A program made the position numbers and the translations under genes. The notes beneath the pieces were generated by a model. It was not told the DNA's origin, ran no database searches, and was given only the letters and a program-made list of their open reading frames with translations. A stretch of 64,000 nt of DNA from Candidatus Delongbacteria bacterium. GTDB lineage: Bacteria; UBA4055. Below are positions 58,255 through 64,000 of the stretch, one piece after another. Position 1 is the first letter of the stretch; every line of letters starts with the position of its first letter. The stretch is taken from the NCBI GenBank assembly GCA_003252515.1, contig QKDR01000125.1, positions 30,272-94,271 of the forward strand. Reading direction: 5' to 3'.

Positions 58255-60081
58255 ATGATGATCAAACTGATTAGAGAAAAACTCGCGATCGTGATGTGGG
58301 TAGTTGTAGCAGCCTTTATCATAACCATTATCTTTGACTGGGGAATGGGCGGACTGAAAAGGGGAACGACCGATGTAAGGGCTCAGGGACTGATAGCTAA
58401 AATTAACGGTCAGGACGTAAAATTTGCAGAATATAAACAGATAGAAGAGAGTTATCTGAAGAACTCTGATCAGAAAGATTTTTCTGGAGTTAAATCAGCT
58501 GAATTGAGACAGAAAGCCTGGAATGATTTCGTCAAGATGATAGTTGTCAGGCAGGAACTTGATAAGCAGCATATAGTTGTTTCTCAGGAGCAGGTTTATG
58601 ATCAGATATTGAACAATCCACTTCCGGAACTGAGGAATCAGGAACAATTCATGACCAATGGCGTTTTCGATCAGAAGAAATGGGAGGAATTTATCAAGAA
58701 TCCTAATCCCCAGATGCAGAATTTTTATAAAATGATAGAAAATGCTTATGAGGGAAGAATGCCTGCGGAACTGCTTCAGAACAGAGTCGGAAATTCAGTT
58801 TACCTTTCAGAGTTTGAACTTCAGGAAATTTACAGACAGTCAAGTCTCAAAGTACAGGTTAAATATCTGAAAGCCGCAACAAATGATTTCATGCCAGCAG
58901 ATTCACTTATTACTGACGAAGAGATAAAAAATTATTTTAATGAGAACCCTAATGATTTCCCTAAGTCAGCAGAACAAAGAAGTTTCGATTATGTTCTTTT
59001 CAGTACAGCTCCGACATCCCGTGATTCTTCTCTTGCATTAGATGATATAAATTATGCAATGACACAGCTTGATAATGGAATAGCTTTTGAGGAAGTGGCA
59101 AAGAACTATTCTGAGGATACTACGGCAGATAAGGGTGGAGATCTCGGATATTTCGGAAGAGGCAAAATGGCACCGGAATTCGAAGAAGCTGCTTTTAATG
59201 CCGGTATCGGAGAAATCGTCGGTCCCGTTAAGACCAAATTCGGATATCACATCATTAAGGTCGTTGATAAAAAGAAAGAAAAGAAAGAGATCACTGAAGT
59301 AAAGGCAAGTCATATACTGGTTAAATTTAAAACTTATCCTTCGACATATGAAGATGCTCATTATAATGCGGTAAATTTCAAAGATGAAATGTACAGGAAC
59401 GGTAATGATGCGGCAGGCTTTAGAATAACTGCTGAAAAACTCGGTATAAAGATCATGGAATCTAATTTTACGCAGAAAACCGACAGAACGAACGAGCTTG
59501 GTATAATACCCGGACTGGGGGATTTCCTGTTCAATAATGAACCCGGAACTATAAGTTCTATAATGGTATGTAATTCAGGATATGCTATCTTAAAATTAAA
59601 AGAGATAAAACCTGAAAAGGAAAAAACTTTGGACGAGGTTAAAAAAAGTATTATATATAAGATCAGACAGAAGAAAGGTCTTGAAATAGCATATGATAAA
59701 CTGGTCGGGATCAAAGACGAGGTTACAGATACTCTGACAATGAATACGGCAGCGGCAGGAAACAAAATGAAGACAGGTATTTCAAATAAATTCGGAGTTG
59801 ACGGATATGTTGATAATGTAGGTGTCGACAGAGTTATGTATGAAACCGGTATGAGTTTGAACATAGGTCAGCTGAGCAGTCCGTTCAAAGGCGTACAGGG
59901 TGCTTACATTATATACCTTCTGGACAAAGATGAGTTCGACCAGAAAAAATATGATGCTGAGAAATCGGCTTTAAGACAGAAGCACGAAACATATTTGCAG
60001 AGACAGATGATCGAAGAATGGCTCAGCGGGCTTGTTGACAGAGCTGAAGTAATAGACTACAGAGGATTATACAACAGATAG
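58255..60081 (+). CDS. ppiD: Periplasmic chaperone / peptidyl-prolyl isomerase PpiD-like (N-terminal TM anchor, parvulin domain).
   Basis: An N-terminal TM helix. The PpiC-type PPIase motif is GGDLGYFGRGKMAPEFEEAAF...FGYHIIKV. Confidence 0.8.
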   Translation: MMIKLIREKLAIVMWVVVAAFIITIIFDWGMGGLKRGTTDVRAQGLIAKINGQDVKFAEYKQIEESYLKNSDQKDFSGVKSAELRQKAWNDFVKMIVVRQELDKQHIVVSQEQVYDQILNNPLPELRNQEQFMTNGVFDQKKWEEFIKNPNPQMQNFYKMIENAYEGRMPAELLQNRVGNSVYLSEFELQEIYRQSSLKVQVKYLKAATNDFMPADSLITDEEIKNYFNENPNDFPKSAEQRSFDYVLFSTAPTSRDSSLALDDINYAMTQLDNGIAFEEVAKNYSEDTTADKGGDLGYFGRGKMAPEFEEAAFNAGIGEIVGPVKTKFGYHIIKVVDKKKEKKEITEVKASHILVKFKTYPSTYEDAHYNAVNFKDEMYRNGNDAAGFRITAEKLGIKIMESNFTQKTDRTNELGIIPGLGDFLFNNEPGTISSIMVCNSGYAILKLKEIKPEKEKTLDEVKKSIIYKIRQKKGLEIAYDKLVGIKDEVTDTLTMNTAAAGNKMKTGISNKFGVDGYVDNVGVDRVMYETGMSLNIGQLSSPFKGVQGAYIIYLLDKDEFDQKKYDAEKSALRQKHETYLQRQMIEEWLSGLVDRAEVIDYRGLYNR

Positions 60082-60085
60082 TATT

Positions 60086-60283
60086 ATGGGAAGAAAACTG
60101 TATTTTACAAAATATAATTATATTATTCTTACAGTCGGGATGGTCTTACTCGCTCTCGGTTACTATATGATGTCTGTCGGTCCTCACGATTCTTTCTGGT
60201 CGCTTACTTTGTCCCCTGTACTTATTCTTTTCAGTCTTGCTGTTGTCTTCCCGTACGGGATTATGAAAAATTTCAAGAAATGA
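60086..60283 (+). CDS. Small two-TM membrane protein, unknown function.
   Basis: A 65-aa ORF immediately after ppiD with two hydrophobic helices. Confidence 0.35.
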   Translation: MGRKLYFTKYNYIILTVGMVLLALGYYMMSVGPHDSFWSLTLSPVLILFSLAVVFPYGIMKNFKK

Positions 60284-60349
60284 CTACATAATTAAGGTAA
60301 AAAAGACTTGACAAGGAAAAATTATAATAGTATATTTGCGCGTTGTTCG

Positions 60350-60424
60350 GGAGCTTAGCTCAGTTGGTTCAGAGCACCTGCCTTACAAGCAGGGGGTCAC
60401 TAGTTCGAGCCTAGTAGTTCCCAC
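60350..60424 (+). tRNA. tRNA-Val (anticodon TAC); CCA is not encoded.
   Basis: Cloverleaf folded by hand: acceptor GGGAGCT/AGTTCCC, anticodon stem CCTGC/GCAGG with loop CTTACAA, and T-arm ACTAG-TTCGAGC-CTAGT. Confidence 0.85.
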
Positions 60425-60437
60425 TTAAAATAGCAAT

Positions 60438-60512
60438 TGGTCCGGTAGTTCAATCTGGTTAGAGCACCTGCCTGTCACGCAGGAAGTTGCGAGTTCGAGC
60501 CTCGTCCGGACC
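60438..60512 (+). tRNA. tRNA-Asp (anticodon GTC).
   Basis: Acceptor GGTCCGG/CCGGACC, anticodon stem CCTGC/GCAGG with loop CTGTCAC, T-loop TTCGAGC and discriminator G. Confidence 0.85.
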
Positions 60513-60515
60513 GCA

Positions 60516-60540
60516 AAAGGCGCTGTAAAGCGCCTTTTTT
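60516..60540 (+). terminator. Rho-independent terminator after the tRNA pair.
   Basis: An AGGCGCTGTAAAGCGCCT hairpin followed by T6. Confidence 0.6.
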
Positions 60541-60613
60541 GCCTTTTTTATTTATCCGAATTTGCATTACAGGATCAGACAAGTTATATTTAATTTAATC
60601 AGCAGGAGCTAAA

Positions 60614-60949
60614 ATGAATATCGTTAATATCATAGCAATGTCTCAGTCTCCGGACGGAGGCGGGAGCGGACTGGCAGGTATGATACCGTTCATACTTATC
60701 ATCGTAATTATATACTTTCTGATGATCAGACCGCAAAGTAAAAAAGCAAAACAGCATCAGGCCATGCTTACAGAACTGAAAAAAGGTGATAAAGTCGTTA
60801 CCATAGGCGGGATCTTCGGTACTGTGCTGGAAGTAAGAGAGAAGACATTTCTTGTTAAAGTATCAAATAATACTGAAATGGAATTTCTGAAGTCCAGTGT
60901 GGCCGAGAAGTTTTCAGATATTAAAGAAATAGAGAACAAAAAGGATTGA
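60614..60949 (+). CDS. yajC: Preprotein translocase subunit YajC.
   Basis: One TM plus MIRPQSKKAKQHQAMLTELKKGDKVVTIGGIFGTV. Confidence 0.85.
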   Translation: MNIVNIIAMSQSPDGGGSGLAGMIPFILIIVIIYFLMIRPQSKKAKQHQAMLTELKKGDKVVTIGGIFGTVLEVREKTFLVKVSNNTEMEFLKSSVAEKFSDIKEIENKKD

Positions 60950-61476
60950 TCTTGGATATCCGGATTTACGGTGATGAAGTCCTCAACAAACGGGCTGAAG
61001 AAGTCAAAAACATTGATGAAGAGCTGAAACAACTTATCAATGCAATGTTCATCAAAACTCCGGAAGCGAACGGTATAGGGCTTGCTGCACCGCAGGTCGG
61101 AGTTTCTAAAAGGTTCTTCGTTGTAGTAGTTCCGGAAAGCGGAGATGATTCTGAAGTGAGAACAAAGGCGTTCAGGCAGGTCTTTATTAATCCTGTTATT
61201 AAAAATCCGGAAGGCGCCTGCAAAATGGAGGAAGGCTGTCTTTCAGTACCGGGTATCTGGGAAATAGTTGAAAGACCGGAAAAGATCGAAATAGAATATA
61301 CAGATATTGACGGGACCATGCATTCAGAAATTTTTGACGGATTGCTCGCGAGGGTCATTCAGCACGAATACGATCATCTTGATGGCGTTCTCTTTGTATC
61401 CAGACTTCCCAAGCTGAAACAGGACCTTTTAAAGCGAAAGCTGAAAGCTTTGAAGGATAAAAAAAGGGACTATTAA
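60946..61476 (+). CDS. def: Peptide deformylase.
   Basis: Motifs GIGLAAPQVG, EGCLSVPG and HEYDHLDG. Confidence 0.9.
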   Translation: MILDIRIYGDEVLNKRAEEVKNIDEELKQLINAMFIKTPEANGIGLAAPQVGVSKRFFVVVVPESGDDSEVRTKAFRQVFINPVIKNPEGACKMEEGCLSVPGIWEIVERPEKIEIEYTDIDGTMHSEIFDGLLARVIQHEYDHLDGVLFVSRLPKLKQDLLKRKLKALKDKKRDY

Positions 61477-61488
61477 GTCCCTTTTTCA
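61461..61488 (+). terminator. Bidirectional rho-independent terminator between the convergent def and phosphoesterase genes.
   Basis: An AAAAAGGGACTATTAAGTCCCTTTTT hairpin flanked by an A-run and a T-run. Confidence 0.5.
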
Positions 61489-62232
61489 TTTTATAAAATA
61501 ATTATTTACTTTTACCGGACCGTCACCGATATCTATTATCGTATAACCCGGATATGTGTGCCTGATATTGAATTTTTTTAGTTTTCTGCCTATCTGATAC
61601 CAGGTGGAAGGGCAGATGTGGATTGTGAATTTATCTTTCTTTACATGGTGGGCCGTATGATAATGGGCACAGAAAACATGTTCTATTTGAGGGCAAGAAT
61701 TAAAGAATTCCGTTGCTTCTATATGATTTGTGAGAGGGTAGTATGTGTCCATGTGTTTTGCGTTACAAAGTGAAGGAGGGTGGTGCATAAAAACAAATGT
61801 ATTGCCTCTGACCGCATTCATGTTCACGAAAGACTTAAGCGTTTTTATATCCAGCCATTCTACAGAAGTGTCAGCGAAGATGAACTCTTTTCCTTTAAAA
61901 GTTTTCTTGTAGAAGATCCTGCCGTTCACGACGTTCTTGTGAAGTCCGAATGATTCAGCAATCAGTTCAGTAATATCATGATTGCCCGGTATAACAAAAT
62001 ATTTGAATCCCTTCAGTTGCTCCTTGAGCCATTCATACCCGTTATCGTCAACGTCATGGCCGAGGTCTCCGCTGAGTACCATAAAATCGTGTTCGATGTG
62101 TCTTACTTTCTCCAGCGCCTTAAGAAAATTTTTTCTTATATCCGCACCGTTCCTTACCAGATCCTTTGAGCTGATATGCATATCACTCAGCTGAATGATC
62201 CTGATCTTCTCCCCCAATCCTTCCGACCTCAT
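61486..62232 (-). CDS. Calcineurin-like metallophosphoesterase.
   Basis: Motifs IQLSDMHI, LSGDLGHD and PGNHD, with GHH-type residues. Confidence 0.75.
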   Translation of the reverse strand: MRSEGLGEKIRIIQLSDMHISSKDLVRNGADIRKNFLKALEKVRHIEHDFMVLSGDLGHDVDDNGYEWLKEQLKGFKYFVIPGNHDITELIAESFGLHKNVVNGRIFYKKTFKGKEFIFADTSVEWLDIKTLKSFVNMNAVRGNTFVFMHHPPSLCNAKHMDTYYPLTNHIEATEFFNSCPQIEHVFCAHYHTAHHVKKDKFTIHICPSTWYQIGRKLKKFNIRHTYPGYTIIDIGDGPVKVNNYFIK

Positions 62233-62469
62233 TCAAATAATTTCTAAAACAAGAATATCTTAATCTTTAAATGACAAATCAAGAAAAATTATAAGAATTT
62301 TTTAATTGGGTATTGCGTAAAAACAAAAGGGTTCGTAAATTTGAAACGGAAATATCGGCCTCCGGTCATGGAATTCTGTGAAAGTCAGAAACTGCCCCGC
62401 AACCGTAACAGTCGGATCTTTACTGGTCAAGCCGCCGCAATAACGCGGACTCTTCGAGGGGAGATGTAG

Positions 62470-63999
62470 TTGAAAATTAAATTTTTCGAATACGATCCTG
62501 CTCATTTTGGCAGGATCTTCAATTTCAGGGTAATACCGGTAGTATTACTGTGTACAGCGTCACTCCTGTTTCCGGGTTCGCGTATAACAGGAACAGTCAC
62601 TGACGATGCCGGTAAACCTGTCGCTGATGTGAATATCAGCATTTTCAACACCGGGATAGGTACTGTTTCCGACGGAGCGGGGAAATTCGTTCTGTCCAGA
62701 ATACCGGACGGGAGGTATAGGATCGTATTTGAGCATATCTGCTGCGAAACGGTTTTCAGAGAGATCGAATCCGGAATGACTGATGAAATATCGATCGAGA
62801 TCACGATGAAAAATCATGTTATAGACATGACCCCTATTACAGCGTTAACGTTCGCAGAAGGATATCCTGATGTTATAACGGTAGCGAGAGAAATCTCGCT
62901 AAGCGGAGCCGGTAACGCCGAAGAAGCACTCGTGAACGTACCTGGAGTAAATATTGAAAATATCCAGGGAACTGGTACGAGGATATCTGTACGCGGGACC
63001 GACTCGAAGCACACAACAGTTTACCTTGACGGAGTTCTGATCAACTCGCCTTTAGACGGTTTGTCCGACCTGTCCTCAGTTCCCGCAGGGATGATAGAGA
63101 AGATCGAGATATTCAAATCGGGTGATGCCGCGCTGACGGGACGGTCAACGGGCGGAGTGATAAGTATTACCACGAAAAAGGGGACCGACACGGACGGTGT
63201 TGAAGTATACTACAATAACACGCTCTATCAGAGCGACAGGGACGAGTTCAGCACCGGCAGGCTTGACAACCACGGTTTCGGCGCAAGCCTGAAGCGCGGC
63301 TTCGGGGGCGGACACGGCGTATTCCTGTCGTACTCGGGTACTAGGTATGAAAACGAATGGTCCTTCATCAACGCAGCAAAATCGGACGAATACCGCTACA
63401 TCAGCAACCCGAACACGCCACGTGTCCAGTCGAACACATATTCGGACTCGGACGACCTGTATGCCTCATATAATTATACGTCCGGAATGATCGATATTGA
63501 CGCCGGAATGAACCTCGGAATACGCGAATCCGGACTTCCCGGCTGGTATGATCAGCCTTACTACAGGGCATTTGCGAAAAAGAAAAATATTATTCTGTCA
63601 TCAAGAATTCTTTATAAACCCGTTACTGATCTCAGAACCGAACTTGCAACTTCATACAGTTGCAGGAACGACAGAACAAATATAACGGAAACCGATACCC
63701 TGTTCCATGTCGATTCTGACGATATCTTCGAGAATTTCACAACTAAACTTTCCGGATCGTACAAGTTTGACATTTACGAATTCAGAGCCGGAGCGGAATA
63801 TTTTACGGAATCGGCGCGGTCAGACGGTCTCGAAAATACGGTTGAAGAAAGGAGAATTATTTCAGGCTATCTTAAAACTTCTGTCAGTAAGCAGCTGACA
63901 GGTTCGATCAAACTTAACACTTCCGGAACGGTCAGAAAAGATATAATATCCGGTTCTGATTTCGACAAATACCTCATTTCCGGGACTGCGTCGGCTTTT
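62470..63999 (+). CDS. TonB-dependent outer-membrane receptor, N-terminal ~510 codons. It continues past the window end. The TTG start is tentative.
   Basis: This ORF is not in the supplied track because it has no stop within the window. Frame 1 (relative to 62470) is open from 62470 to the window end. It shows a CarbopepD-like segment (ITGTVTDDAGKPVADVNISIF) and a plug (TVYLDGVLINSPLDG, IEKIEIFKSGDAALTGRSTGGVISITTK). Confidence 0.7.
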   Translation, partial: MKIKFFEYDPAHFGRIFNFRVIPVVLLCTASLLFPGSRITGTVTDDAGKPVADVNISIFNTGIGTVSDGAGKFVLSRIPDGRYRIVFEHICCETVFREIESGMTDEISIEITMKNHVIDMTPITALTFAEGYPDVITVAREISLSGAGNAEEALVNVPGVNIENIQGTGTRISVRGTDSKHTTVYLDGVLINSPLDGLSDLSSVPAGMIEKIEIFKSGDAALTGRSTGGVISITTKKGTDTDGVEVYYNNTLYQSDRDEFSTGRLDNHGFGASLKRGFGGGHGVFLSYSGTRYENEWSFINAAKSDEYRYISNPNTPRVQSNTYSDSDDLYASYNYTSGMIDIDAGMNLGIRESGLPGWYDQPYYRAFAKKKNIILSSRILYKPVTDLRTELATSYSCRNDRTNITETDTLFHVDSDDIFENFTTKLSGSYKFDIYEFRAGAEYFTESARSDGLENTVEERRIISGYLKTSVSKQLTGSIKLNTSGTVRKDIISGSDFDKYLISGTASAF

Positions 64000-64000
64000 T

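Noticed and set aside
59361-59864. 167-aa minus-strand ORF inside ppiD
   Set aside because: It is antisense to a gene with the parvulin motif. The translation is low-complexity and hydrophobic.
62233-62469. Possible cobalamin or TPP riboswitch in the 237-nt leader upstream of the partial TonB-dependent receptor gene
   Set aside because: The leader is long and contains some GC-rich self-complementary pieces. However, I could not find the B12 box (GCCACTG), the GGTG.AA.CC element, or the TPP CTGAGA/ACCTGATCTGGATAATGCCAGCG elements. Without a covariance-model scan this remains only an ordinary 5' UTR.
1-64000. CRISPR arrays, insertion sequences, integrases, prophage genes
   Set aside because: No regularly spaced direct repeats, no transposase or integrase-like ORFs, and no phage structural genes were found on either strand. 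The only mobile-element-like signal is the compositional islet at the window start.

Overview
This 64 kb window looks like a chromosomal segment from an anaerobic FCB-group bacterium. The gene content resembles Cloacimonadota or related candidate phyla, but I cannot verify taxonomy from sequence alone. Most of the window is core and housekeeping genes: a four-subunit 2-oxoacid:ferredoxin oxidoreductase, a two-subunit methylmalonyl-CoA mutase, a PGK-TPI fusion, serA-serC, miaA-mutL, rlmN, cdd, nadK, a heterodimeric ABC exporter, topoisomerase B, comEC, ppiD, yajC and def, plus three tRNAs (Asn, Val, Asp). Interleaved with these are many outer-membrane and secreted proteins. The most striking are two giant streptopain-like (C10) peptidase surface proteins and a gingipain-like (C25) peptidase. 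Four otherwise unrelated secreted proteins share a conserved FN3-like domain at their extreme C terminus. A separate protein in the same window carries a canonical T9SS C-terminal sorting domain. The first ~2.2 kb is a visibly AT-rich islet. It holds a Panacea/DUF4065 antitoxin-like gene translationally coupled to an unclassifiable 150-aa ORF, which I read as a candidate new PanT toxin. Next to these lie a membrane-anchored ORF and a nested-hairpin structured RNA candidate. One C10 peptidase gene is split into two ORFs by an A11 homopolymer tract. No CRISPR arrays, transposases or integrases were seen. All coordinates and calls come from reading the sequence and the ORF translations by eye; no database searches were run.
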